From an uncultured bacterium (lineage in GTDB: Bacteria > Abyssobacteria > SURF-5): DNA of 16,750 nucleotides. The translations under genes were made by a program, and so were the position numbers. Location of the stretch: positions 4,575-21,324 of the forward strand of contig CAZEBC010000014.1 in NCBI GenBank assembly GCA_964510165.1. Reading direction: 5' to 3'. Shown piece after piece: positions 6,156 to 15,109 of the stretch (position 1 is its first letter; every line of letters starts with the position of its first letter). The notes under the pieces are model-generated. The model was not told where the DNA came from. It made no database searches and saw nothing but the letters and a program-made list of their open reading frames with translations.

Positions 6156-7331
6156 GTGCGGACGGTGAGGCTCAAGAAGAACGAGGACCGCCGCGTTCGG
6201 GCCGGTCATCTGTGGATTTTCAGCAATGAGATCGCCAACATCGCGCAGGAGTTCACGCCCGGCGAGATCGTGGAAGTAGTCACGTATGGCGGCACGTTCG
6301 TCGGACGCGGATACATAAACCCACGCTCTCTCATCTCGGTCCGGCTCTTGACGCGTGAAAGAGAGCCGATAGACCGAGATTTCTTTGTAAGGCGGATCGG
6401 GAGGGCGCTCTCGCTTCGCCATCGCATCTATCCCGAAGAGGACACGTATCGGGCAGTTTTCGGCGAGGCCGATTTGCTGCCCGGTCTGGTGATAGACAAA
6501 TATGGCGATGTGCTTGTGCTCCAGGTTTCGACCCTAGGCATGCAGCAGAGGCTGGGCGAGCTATTGGGCTCGCTGCCCGACGCCGGGCTCAAAGTTCGCG
6601 CGGTTGTGCTGCGAACGGATGAACTCATGGCGGAACTCGAGGGGTTCGCTCCCGAAAACAGGGTACTGAGCGGAGAGCTTGAGGGGCCGGTGCGAATCGA
6701 AAAACACGGCCTGCTCTTCGATGTGGATGTTCTCGAGGGTCAGAAGACCGGCTTTTTCCTCGACCAGCAGGAAAACCGGCGTGAGACTTCGGCCCTGCTG
6801 AGAGACTGGAGCGTGCTCGACTGTTTCTGTTATACCGGCGCGTGGTCGCTCTCGGCGGCGAAATCGGGTGCGAGAAGGGTGGTGGGAATTGACTCGTCGG
6901 CCCGCGCCATAGAGATGGCCCGGCAGAACGCCGCGTTGAATTCGTTTGGATCGGCTTGCTCGTTCGAGGAGGCAAATGTCTTCGAAAAGCTCGAAGAATT
7001 GGCCGAGGACGGAGCGCAATTCGACTGCGTGATCCTTGATCCTCCGGCGCTCGTCAAGAGCAAGAAACACCTCGCGCAGGGCGAAGCCGGGTACGAAAAG
7101 CTTAATCGGCTTGCGATGAGGCTGCTCCCGGCGGACGGGCTGTTGATAAGCTGCTCCTGTTCATTTCATGTTTCCCGCGAGAGGTTTCAGCAGACTCTGT
7201 CGGCGGCGGCGCGGAAGGAGCGGCGCACCGCGGCCGTGTTGGAATGGAGGGGCCAGTCGCGGGACCATCCGACACTGCTCGCGATGCCGGAGACCGCTTA
7301 TCTGAAGTGTGCGGTAACTCGCGTGATGTGA
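6156..7331 (+). CDS. rlmI: RlmI-like class I SAM-dependent rRNA (m5C) methyltransferase with N-terminal PUA domain, about 391 aa
   Basis: Start set at GTG 6156 (GGGGAG SD at 6142-6147). GHLWIFSNEI; FGEADLLPGLVIDKY; GQKTGFFLDQQENR; VLDCFCYTG; FDCVILDPP; SCSCS; DHP...PETAYLK. Confidence 0.88.
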   Translation: MRTVRLKKNEDRRVRAGHLWIFSNEIANIAQEFTPGEIVEVVTYGGTFVGRGYINPRSLISVRLLTREREPIDRDFFVRRIGRALSLRHRIYPEEDTYRAVFGEADLLPGLVIDKYGDVLVLQVSTLGMQQRLGELLGSLPDAGLKVRAVVLRTDELMAELEGFAPENRVLSGELEGPVRIEKHGLLFDVDVLEGQKTGFFLDQQENRRETSALLRDWSVLDCFCYTGAWSLSAAKSGARRVVGIDSSARAIEMARQNAALNSFGSACSFEEANVFEKLEELAEDGAQFDCVILDPPALVKSKKHLAQGEAGYEKLNRLAMRLLPADGLLISCSCSFHVSRERFQQTLSAAARKERRTAAVLEWRGQSRDHPTLLAMPETAYLKCAVTRVM

Positions 7332-7381
7332 AGTCATCCAAGAGGGGGTCTGTCAGCCGTGTTCCATGTTGCGGTTTCGTG

Positions 7382-7410
7382 TTGAAAGCGAACTATGACT
7401 CAGGCATAAT
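7382..7410 (+). promoter_or_regulatory. Putative sigma70 promoter for lptFG
   Basis: TTGAAA (7382-7387), 17-nt spacer, CATAAT (7405-7410), 45 nt upstream of the lptF ATG. Confidence 0.55.
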
Positions 7411-7455
7411 TCGTTCATGAATGATTGTTTGAAGGCTTAGAAGTCGTCTTAACCG

Positions 7456-8574
7456 ATGAGTATTTTGCAGCGACACGTTGCCAGAGAGATATTGGCGCCA
7501 TTCGGGATCGCATTTCTGGTGATCACTTTTCTCATGTTTGTCGGGGAATTGTTTCACCAGCTATCCGACCGGTTCATGGGCAAGGGACTGGCCCTGGGCG
7601 ACCTGGCGCTGCTGGCGGGTTATGTTCTGCCCTCGTTGGTGATTTATACGATTCCCATTTCGCTGCTCCTGGCGACGCTGCTCGCATTCATCCAACTTTC
7701 GCAGGACAGCGAGATCACGGCGCTGAAGGCCGCCGGCGTGCCGACGCGAAAGGCGTTTGCGCCGGCGATCGTGATAGGGGCCGTCGCGACGATGGTGTTG
7801 CTTGCGCTGTGGGCGGAGGTCGCGCCGTGGTCGCGGAGGCAGATCAGCGACTTCATAATACGCACCATCCTGGAAAAGCCCACGCTGGTGTTAACCGAGC
7901 AGACATGGACGCACGAGGTTGACAACATGAGGATATTCGTGGGTCGGATAGACGATGAGCAAATGCTGCTCGAGGACATAAAAGTTCAGATAAACAAGGA
8001 AGGGTCGCCTCACAGGACGGTGGTCGCGAAGGCTGGGAAAATCCGTATCGAGCCGAAGAAGCAACAGATATACCTGCAACTTCTGGACGGCGCGATGCAC
8101 GAATACGACTTGAAGAAACCTGACGAATACTCGACGACCGCATTCAAGAGTCTCATGCTGCCGGTGACCATCGCCTCATTGGACCATTACGTGAAGAGGT
8201 ATCACACGCTCACCTCCGTGCGCACGAAGGAGATGTCGCTTTTGGAGATCACAAGGAAATTTCTCGACCCGTCCCTCGCCTCCCGCGAGAGAAACGAGAT
8301 GCTTGAGCAGATAGGCGAGCGGACAGCGCTCGCATTCATGCCGCTCGTGTTCGTGTTGATAGGCGCGCCGCTGGGGATCATTCCGCACAAGGCGCGCCGG
8401 TTCTATGGCCCGATAGCCTGCCTCGGACTGCTGTTTGCCTATTATTCTCTGCTGGTGGCGGGCGAGACGCTGTCGGAGAAGGAGCTTGTCAATCCTGTGC
8501 TTGCGATGTGGATACCCAACCTGTTCCTTGGAGTGTCGGGAGTCGGGTTCATGATAAGGGCGGAGATGCTGTAG
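7456..8574 (+). CDS. lptF: LPS export ABC transporter permease LptF (YjgP/YjgQ family), 372 aa
   Basis: MSILQRHVAREILAPF; three N-terminal TM segments; coupling helix LSQDSEITALKAAGV; periplasmic beta domain; three C-terminal TM segments ending AMWIPN. First of a tandem pair. Confidence 0.87.
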   Translation: MSILQRHVAREILAPFGIAFLVITFLMFVGELFHQLSDRFMGKGLALGDLALLAGYVLPSLVIYTIPISLLLATLLAFIQLSQDSEITALKAAGVPTRKAFAPAIVIGAVATMVLLALWAEVAPWSRRQISDFIIRTILEKPTLVLTEQTWTHEVDNMRIFVGRIDDEQMLLEDIKVQINKEGSPHRTVVAKAGKIRIEPKKQQIYLQLLDGAMHEYDLKKPDEYSTTAFKSLMLPVTIASLDHYVKRYHTLTSVRTKEMSLLEITRKFLDPSLASRERNEMLEQIGERTALAFMPLVFVLIGAPLGIIPHKARRFYGPIACLGLLFAYYSLLVAGETLSEKELVNPVLAMWIPNLFLGVSGVGFMIRAEML

Positions 8575-8578
8575 CGAA

Positions 8579-9658
8579 ATGAGTATCCTCACCCGTTACA
8601 TCTCGCGCCGGCTCGTCTTGTACTATCTCGCCATCATAGCAACGCTGCTCGTGTTTTTCGTGTTCGTGGACTTGATGGAAAACATCGATATCGTGACGCA
8701 GCATCGCGCCCCGTTCAGACTGGTGGTTCTCTATTATGCCTGCTATCTGCCCAGGATATTCATTGAGATGTCCTGGGTCGGTTTCCTTGTTTCGATGCTG
8801 TTTGTGCTCGGGGGTCTCGCGCGAAACAATGAGTACACGGCGATGCTCGCGGGAGGCGTAAGCCTGTACAGGCTGGGGCAGCCCGCCCTTGTGATCGGCG
8901 TCGCATTGAGCGTGCTCGTGTTCTTCGTGCAGGAGTTCGTTGTCCCCAGCTCGATGTTGGCCGTCCAGGAAATGCGGGAGAGCGACTTTTCGGGGGAGCC
9001 TCAACGCCGGCAACTGTTCGACATCGCGGGCGTCGGAAAACGAAACCGTTTCTATTTCTTCGATGTCGTTGATGTGGAGCATGGCGTGCTGAAAGGGGTG
9101 CACATCCACACCATGGGAGACGGCTCGATAACGGAACGGATCGATGCCGAGACGGCGGTCTGGGACGAGCGAGCCGGCAAGTGGCGCCTCGAAAACGGGA
9201 CGATAAAGCGGTTTGACTCGCGCGAGGTGGTTGTCGAGAACACGCCGTTCGAGAGCATGGAAGCCCCGTTCAGGGATTCGCCGCGCATGCTTGAGATTTC
9301 AGCATCGGGGACCAGTCAGCTCGGGCTCCGCCAGCTCAGACGCCAGATAAGGAACCTGGAGAAGAGCGGATACAGCGCGCAGCGCCTGAAGGTCAATTAT
9401 CACACCAATTTCTCGCTTCCGGCGGCACACATAGTAGTAGTGCTTCTCGCGTTGCCCTTCGCACTGGAGCGGAGAAGGGGTGGGCTGACAATCGGGTTCG
9501 CCCTGAGCCTGATGGCCGCGCTTCTTTATTATGGCACATTTCAGATGGGCCTGGCACTCGGCAAGGGAGACTATCTACCCGCCGCGCTATCGGCCTGGAT
9601 GGCCAACGTCATTTTCCTGGGGGTTGGCCTGGGACTGACGATGAAAGCACGGACCTAG
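8579..9658 (+). CDS. lptG: LPS export ABC transporter permease LptG (YjgP/YjgQ family), 359 aa
   Basis: MSILTRYISRR; LARNNEYTAMLAGGVSLYRL; RIDAETAVWD...WRLENG; AWMANVIF. Starts 4 nt after lptF. Confidence 0.87.
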   Translation: MSILTRYISRRLVLYYLAIIATLLVFFVFVDLMENIDIVTQHRAPFRLVVLYYACYLPRIFIEMSWVGFLVSMLFVLGGLARNNEYTAMLAGGVSLYRLGQPALVIGVALSVLVFFVQEFVVPSSMLAVQEMRESDFSGEPQRRQLFDIAGVGKRNRFYFFDVVDVEHGVLKGVHIHTMGDGSITERIDAETAVWDERAGKWRLENGTIKRFDSREVVVENTPFESMEAPFRDSPRMLEISASGTSQLGLRQLRRQIRNLEKSGYSAQRLKVNYHTNFSLPAAHIVVVLLALPFALERRRGGLTIGFALSLMAALLYYGTFQMGLALGKGDYLPAALSAWMANVIFLGVGLGLTMKART

Positions 9659-9711
9659 CGGTTTGCCACTGTCGAATGTATAAGTCGGGAATCGAGAAGG
9701 CGGAATCTCGC

Positions 9712-9748
9712 GTATGGGCGCAGTCACGCCACGGCGTGACGCCCCTAC
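9712..9748 (-). repeat. GTAG-family REP-like palindrome between convergent lptG and rho; may also act as a terminator hairpin
   Basis: Minus strand GTAGGGGC-GTCACGCC-GT-GGCGTGAC-TGCGCCCATAC. Confidence 0.65.
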
Positions 9749-9808
9749 CAAAACCGATCAGAATCCAAAAACGGACTTGAGTGACTCTGGCATCGCATAG
9801 GGCTGGGG

Positions 9809-11059
9809 TTACATGCGCTGCATGGAATCCAGGAACTCCTTGTTGCTCTTGGTCTTGAGCATCTTCTCGTAAAGCAGTTCCATCGCCTCGACCGCTCCCA
9901 ACGGACTCAACACCTTCCTCAGTATCCACACCTTGTTCAGCTCCTCAGGCGAAAGAAGGAGTTCTTCCTTTCGGGTGCCGGATTTGTTAATGTCGATCGA
10001 GGGGAAGATGCGCTTGTCCACAAGCCGCCTGTCGAGGTGGACTTCCATGTTGCCCGTTCCCTTGAACTCCTCAAAGATCACGTCGTCCATTCGGCTGCCG
10101 GTGTCGATCAGAGCTGTGGCCATGATGGTGAGGCTGCCGCCGCCTTCGATGTTGCGCGCGGCGCCGAAGAAGCGCTTCGGTCTTTGCAGCGCATTGGCGT
10201 CGATACCGCCCGACAGCACCTTTCCGCTGGGCGGGATGATCGTGTTGTACGCTCTTGCGAGCCGGGTGATACTGTCAAGCAGGATCACGACATCCTTTTG
10301 ATGTTCGACAAGACGCTTGGCTTTCTCGAGCACCATTTCAGCAACCTGCACGTGGCGTTCGGCCGGCTCATCGAAGGTGGAACTGATGACCTCGCCGGTG
10401 ACGGAACGCTCCATGTCGGTAACCTCTTCGGGCCGCTCGTCAATGAGCAACACGATCAGAACGATTTCCGGATGATTGACCATGATGCTGTTTGCGAGCT
10501 TTTGCAGAAGAACCGTTTTGCCGGTTCTGGGAGCGGCCACGATGAGTCCGCGCTGACCTTTTCCTATGGGAGTCAACAGGTCCATGATGCGCATGGACAC
10601 TTCTTCCGACTTGGTCTCAAGCCCTATCCGCTCTTCGGGATAAAGCGGCGTGAGGTTGTCGAAGAGGATTTTCTCCTTGGCCACATCGGGGTCTTCGAAG
10701 TTGACGGCCTCGACCCTGAGCAGGGCGAAATAGCGCTCGCCTTCCTTGGGCGGGCGTATCTGCCCGGAGATCGTGTCTCCCGTGCGGAGTCCGAACCGCC
10801 GTATCTGAGAGGGCGAGATGTAGATGTCATCCGGCCCCGGCAGATAGTTGTAATTGGGCGAGCGCAGGAACCCGAAGCCGTCGGGCAGTATCTCGAGGAC
10901 GCCCTCTCCGTAGATGGCGCCTTCGGACTCGATCCTGGCCTGGAGAATCTTGAATATCAACTCCTGCTTTTTCAAGCTGCTGTAGCCGTTGATACTCAAG
11001 TCCTTCGCCATCTTGGACAGTTCCGAGATTGTTTTCTCTTTTAATTCAGCAAGATTCAT
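9809..11059 (-). CDS. rho: Transcription termination factor Rho, 416 aa
   Basis: [55 protein letters not shown] (Walker A); [56 protein letters not shown]. Confidence 0.98.
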   Translation of the reverse strand: MNLAELKEKTISELSKMAKDLSINGYSSLKKQELIFKILQARIESEGAIYGEGVLEILPDGFGFLRSPNYNYLPGPDDIYISPSQIRRFGLRTGDTISGQIRPPKEGERYFALLRVEAVNFEDPDVAKEKILFDNLTPLYPEERIGLETKSEEVSMRIMDLLTPIGKGQRGLIVAAPRTGKTVLLQKLANSIMVNHPEIVLIVLLIDERPEEVTDMERSVTGEVISSTFDEPAERHVQVAEMVLEKAKRLVEHQKDVVILLDSITRLARAYNTIIPPSGKVLSGGIDANALQRPKRFFGAARNIEGGGSLTIMATALIDTGSRMDDVIFEEFKGTGNMEVHLDRRLVDKRIFPSIDINKSGTRKEELLLSPEELNKVWILRKVLSPLGAVEAMELLYEKMLKTKSNKEFLDSMQRM

Positions 11060-11181
11060 AGAGTCGTCTTCCTCTCCTTTAGATTGGACATTGTTTGTCT
11101 GCTTTTCTTGATTTGATAGGATCCTGATACTGGTTCATTCTGTTCTGCGAACACCTCCCTTGATGTGAAATATCAAACCTG

Positions 11182-13923
11182 TCAGTCATGCGCCTCGAGC
11201 CAGTTGCGGCCCGTCCTCACATCGGCTACTATGGGCACGCTGAGGGGATATGCGGTCTCCATGATTCTCTTGACCAACGGTTTCATCTGCTCCACCTCGT
11301 CGGACGGCACATCGAAAAGCAGCTCGTCGTGCACCTGGAGAATCATCTTGGAGCGAAGCCGCAGCGCCTTCAATTCCTCGTCTATTCGTATCATTGCGAC
11401 CTTGATGAGGTCGGCGGCCGAGCCCTGGATCGGCGTGTTGATGGCGATTCGCTCGGCGAACCGTCTCACGCCGAAGTTCTGGCTGTCTATATCGGGGATG
11501 TACCGACGCCGATTCATTATCGTAATCACGTATCCATTGCGGCGAGCCTCTTGTATCATACTCTCGATATACTGCCTCACTCGCGGGAATATCTCGAAGT
11601 AGTGGTCAATAAACTTCTGCGCTTCCTCAAGGTTGATGCCCAGGTCAACCGCGAGCCTGGGCGCCGAGATGCCGTAGAGGATTCCGTAGTTTGCGACCTT
11701 CGCCCGGCGCCGCATTTCCGGAGTGACCTTATCGAGCGGGGTCTGGAAAATCTTGGCGCTCGTCTGGTCGTGAATGTCCTGTCCCTCACGGAACGCCTTG
11801 CAGAGCACCTCGTCGCCGCTGAGTTGCGCGAGGATTCTGAGTTCAATCTGCGAATAATCGGCGGACAACAGGACGTTGTTGGCGTCGCAGGGGACGAAGG
11901 CGCGCCGAATCTCGCGCCCCAGTTCCGACCTGATGGGAATGTTCTGCAAATTCGGTTCGCTGCTGCTGAGGCGTCCGGTGGCCGTGACGGCCTGATTGAA
12001 CGACGTATGGATTCGTCCGGTTTCCGGATTGAGCAGTCCGGGCAGGGCATCGATATAGGTTGACTTGAGCTTGCTCAGAGTCCGATATTCGAGCACTTTT
12101 CTGGGAAGCTCATGTTCGGCGGCCAGTTTCTCGAGCACCGCCATATCGGTCGAGAAGCCGGTCTTGGTCTTCTTGCCGGCTGGCAAGTGCAACTCCTCGA
12201 ACAATATCTTGCCCAACTGCTGTGTCGAGTTGATATTGAATTCGCGGCCGGTCATCTCGTATATCTGTTCCCCGAGGGCTTGCAGTTGGCCTTCGACGCG
12301 GGTGGACAACTCGCGCAGTACGGAAACATCTATGCAGACCCCGCACAGTTCCATCTTTGCCAATACGTGAATGAGCGGAATCTCGACGCCTTCGAAAAGC
12401 TCATACAACTGCTTTTCCTTGAGCAACGGCTCGAGCACCTCCCGCAGGCGAAGGGTGATGTCGGAGTCCTCGCACGAATAATCGGCCGCCTGCCTCACGC
12501 TCACCTTATCCATCGTTGTCTGCGAAGCGCCCTTGCCAATAAGGTGTTCCAGCGGGATCTTTCGGAAGTTGAGATACTCGAGCGCGAGCTGGTCAAGGTT
12601 GTAGTTCAACTTCGAGGGATTCAGCAGATAGGCGGCAACCATCGTGTCGAACTCAACGCCTCTGAGTTCGACGCCCTGCCGTGCGAGCATGACTTCCTCG
12701 TACTTGATGTTTTGACCGGTCTTCTTCACGGAATCATCTTCGAGGAGCGGCTTGAGTCTCTGCAAGACGAGCCTGGGCCCAAGCTGTTTCGGGGGCATCT
12801 CCGAGAACAACTCGCCGCCGTTGTCGTCTCCTCGGTTCTGCTGTGGGGCGACGGCGCCCGCGGTATGGCCGACCGGTATATAGTAAGCTGCTGAAGGCTC
12901 GTGGGCCACGGATATCCCGACGAGCCTCGCCTTCATGGGGTCCTGATGAGTGGTCTCAAGGTCGAGGGTGAAGCTGCCTGCGCGCGTGAGGGCCTCGATG
13001 AGGTGGTCGAGTTGCCGCTCATCGTCAATTATGCGGTATTCAGCGCCGGTCGTCTGCTTGACCTCGACGACTTCATTGATGAGTGAGCGGAACTCGAACC
13101 TCTTGAACAATTCCACGAGCTTATCAGCGTTGTGCTCCCTCAGTTTGCAGGCCTCGATGTCAATATCAAGCGGGACATCGCGGAGGACGGTCACGAGTTC
13201 CCTACTCAGGTACGCCGTCTCCTTATTCTCACGGAGGCTTTCCTGACGCTTTGGCCCCTTGATCTGGTCTATGTGCTCGAATATTCCCTCAAGCGAACCG
13301 TACTCCTTGAGCAGGTCCGCCGCCGTTTTAGGGCCGATGCCCGGCACGCCTGGGATATTGTCAATCTGATCGCCGGTCATGGCGAGCAGGTCGCGCATCT
13401 TTTCCGGCCCGACGCCATACCGTTCCTTTACGGCCCGGGCATCATAAACGAAGTTTTCCTTGTGAGGATGCAGCACCTTGACTCCGTTCGAGACCAACTG
13501 AAGCATGTCCTTGTCACCGGTGACGATGATGGCCTCGACTCCCTTGTCCACGGCGCGCTGCGCCAGGGTAGCCAGGATATCGTCGGCCTCGTACCCGGGA
13601 AGTTCGAAGCTGACGATGTTGAACGCCTCGACGACCTCCTTGATCAGCGGTATCTGGTGGCGCATGTCCTCGGGCTGTTCGGCGCGGTTGGCCTTGTACT
13701 GCTCGTAGCGTTTATGTCTGAACGTCTCGCCTTTCGAGTCGAAGGCGACCGCGATGTACTCGGGCCGCTCGTCCTTTATGAACTTCAGCAGCATTCGCGT
13801 AAATCCGTAGACGGCATTCAGGGCGAGACCCTTCGAATCGGTCAACTGCCGTATCGCGTGAAACGCGCGATACGCATACGAATGCCCGTCTATAAGGTAT
13901 ATTCTCTTCTTGCCGTCATCCAT
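11182..13923 (-). CDS. polA: DNA polymerase I (5'-3' exonuclease, 3'-5' exonuclease and polymerase domains), 913 aa
   Basis: Start moved to ATG 13923 (MDDGKKRIYLIDGHSYAYRAFHA), overlapping the lpxB end by 8 nt. YKANR, GYEADD, TGDKD, DNIPGVPGIGPKTA; TGRLSSSEPNLQNIP; ADYSQIELR; RRRAKVANYGILYG; NTPIQGSAAD; LQVHDEL. Confidence 0.97.
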   Translation of the reverse strand: MDDGKKRIYLIDGHSYAYRAFHAIRQLTDSKGLALNAVYGFTRMLLKFIKDERPEYIAVAFDSKGETFRHKRYEQYKANRAEQPEDMRHQIPLIKEVVEAFNIVSFELPGYEADDILATLAQRAVDKGVEAIIVTGDKDMLQLVSNGVKVLHPHKENFVYDARAVKERYGVGPEKMRDLLAMTGDQIDNIPGVPGIGPKTAADLLKEYGSLEGIFEHIDQIKGPKRQESLRENKETAYLSRELVTVLRDVPLDIDIEACKLREHNADKLVELFKRFEFRSLINEVVEVKQTTGAEYRIIDDERQLDHLIEALTRAGSFTLDLETTHQDPMKARLVGISVAHEPSAAYYIPVGHTAGAVAPQQNRGDDNGGELFSEMPPKQLGPRLVLQRLKPLLEDDSVKKTGQNIKYEEVMLARQGVELRGVEFDTMVAAYLLNPSKLNYNLDQLALEYLNFRKIPLEHLIGKGASQTTMDKVSVRQAADYSCEDSDITLRLREVLEPLLKEKQLYELFEGVEIPLIHVLAKMELCGVCIDVSVLRELSTRVEGQLQALGEQIYEMTGREFNINSTQQLGKILFEELHLPAGKKTKTGFSTDMAVLEKLAAEHELPRKVLEYRTLSKLKSTYIDALPGLLNPETGRIHTSFNQAVTATGRLSSSEPNLQNIPIRSELGREIRRAFVPCDANNVLLSADYSQIELRILAQLSGDEVLCKAFREGQDIHDQTSAKIFQTPLDKVTPEMRRRAKVANYGILYGISAPRLAVDLGINLEEAQKFIDHYFEIFPRVRQYIESMIQEARRNGYVITIMNRRRYIPDIDSQNFGVRRFAERIAINTPIQGSAADLIKVAMIRIDEELKALRLRSKMILQVHDELLFDVPSDEVEQMKPLVKRIMETAYPLSVPIVADVRTGRNWLEAHD

Positions 13924-15109
13924 TAACGACTTCAACCTCTTGTCTGGTTCGGGCGTCGCCGGCAGTGACCGGGGCGCGGCACAGCAATTCGGCGACGACC
14001 CCGGCGGCCTTGCGCGAGGCGCCGGGCGAGCCAAGCATGTTCCTCACCTTTTGCAGATCGCCAATCATGGCGCGCCTTCTGTCGCCCTCTTCGCAGAGTT
14101 GGAGAACCGTCTCGGCCAACAGGTCAGGCCGCATCCGGTCCTGCAAGAGTTCCGGGACCGCTTCTCTTCCCGCCAGTATGTTGACGAGGGAAATATTCGG
14201 AACCCGCAGGAATCGCCTTCCCAGGAACCAGAGCAGGCGGCCGGCCTTGTAGACCACCACGAGCGGCGTGAGGAAACAGGCGACCTCAAGGGTGGCCGTC
14301 CCGGAGGCGACGACGCAGCAGCGCGAAGCCTTCGCCACATCGTATGTCCCGCCTTCGAATACTCTCACAGGCAGTTTCTCCTCGCCTAGGATTTGCCTGA
14401 CAAGTTGAAAGGTGTGCTGATTGCTGCAAGGTATCAGGAACCCGGCGCGCGGCATTTTCTCGAGCACCATCCTGGCCGTCTCAATCATGACCGGCAGCGT
14501 GGCGATTATCTCCTGGCGCCGGCTGCCGGGGAGCAGGCCGATGAGCGTGTCGAACTCGCCTCCCACCCGCGCGGTGAAATCGGCGTCGAGGCCGGTTTCC
14601 GCGATATTGTCTAGCAGTGGGTGCCCGACATATGTCACGTCGACTTTGATTTTCCTATAGAGTTCTTCCTCGAACGGGAGAATGACGATCATCTTGTCCA
14701 CAATGTTCGCGATCTTGCTGATGCGTCCCGGCCTCCATGCCCACACCTGCGGGCTTATGTAGTATGCAATCGGGATGCCCATCTTCTTCGCGGTGGCGGC
14801 CAACCTCATGTTGAAGCCCGGATAATCGACCACTACGAGCGCGTCGGGCCTCCATTGCCTCAAACGCGCGACGGTCTCGCGGAACAGTTTTCGGAAGAAG
14901 CGCAGATTCTTCAGGACTTCGGAGAACCCCATCACGGCGCCGGAAACGAGGTCAGCCCGCAGTTCACAACCAGCCGCTCGCATCCTTTGCCCGCCCAGGC
15001 CTTCCACCTGAAGGTCCGGGAAGGAGGCTCTGAGGGCTGCGATCAGCCTGGCGGCGTGCATGTCGCCGGAATCCTCGCCCGCCACGATGAAAAGCCTGCG
15101 CTGGGTCAT
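13916..15109 (-). CDS. lpxB: Lipid A disaccharide synthase LpxB, 397 aa
   Basis: Start moved to ATG 15109 (ATGA overlap with the upstream stop, AGGAG SD). FIVAGEDSGDMHAA; VDYPGFN; YYISPQVWAWR; ILPFE; YVGHPL; LLPGSRRQEI; ASGTATLE; PELLQ. Confidence 0.95.
   Translation of the reverse strand: MTQRRLFIVAGEDSGDMHAARLIAALRASFPDLQVEGLGGQRMRAAGCELRADLVSGAVMGFSEVLKNLRFFRKLFRETVARLRQWRPDALVVVDYPGFNMRLAATAKKMGIPIAYYISPQVWAWRPGRISKIANIVDKMIVILPFEEELYRKIKVDVTYVGHPLLDNIAETGLDADFTARVGGEFDTLIGLLPGSRRQEIIATLPVMIETARMVLEKMPRAGFLIPCSNQHTFQLVRQILGEEKLPVRVFEGGTYDVAKASRCCVVASGTATLEVACFLTPLVVVYKAGRLLWFLGRRFLRVPNISLVNILAGREAVPELLQDRMRPDLLAETVLQLCEEGDRRRAMIGDLQKVRNMLGSPGASRKAAGVVAELLCRAPVTAGDARTRQEVEVVNG

Noticed and set aside
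7411-7424. Near-palindrome TCGTTCATGAATGA just after the lptFG -10 box
   Set aside because: Short, single and imperfect; cannot be told from chance without comparative data.
11160-11176. FNR box
   Set aside because: The half-sites TTGAT/ATCAA are 7 nt apart, not the canonical 4.
10037-13926. Long plus-strand ORFs opposite rho and polA (335, 291, 260 and 264 aa)
   Set aside because: Antisense shadows of highly conserved genes with no independent coding signal.
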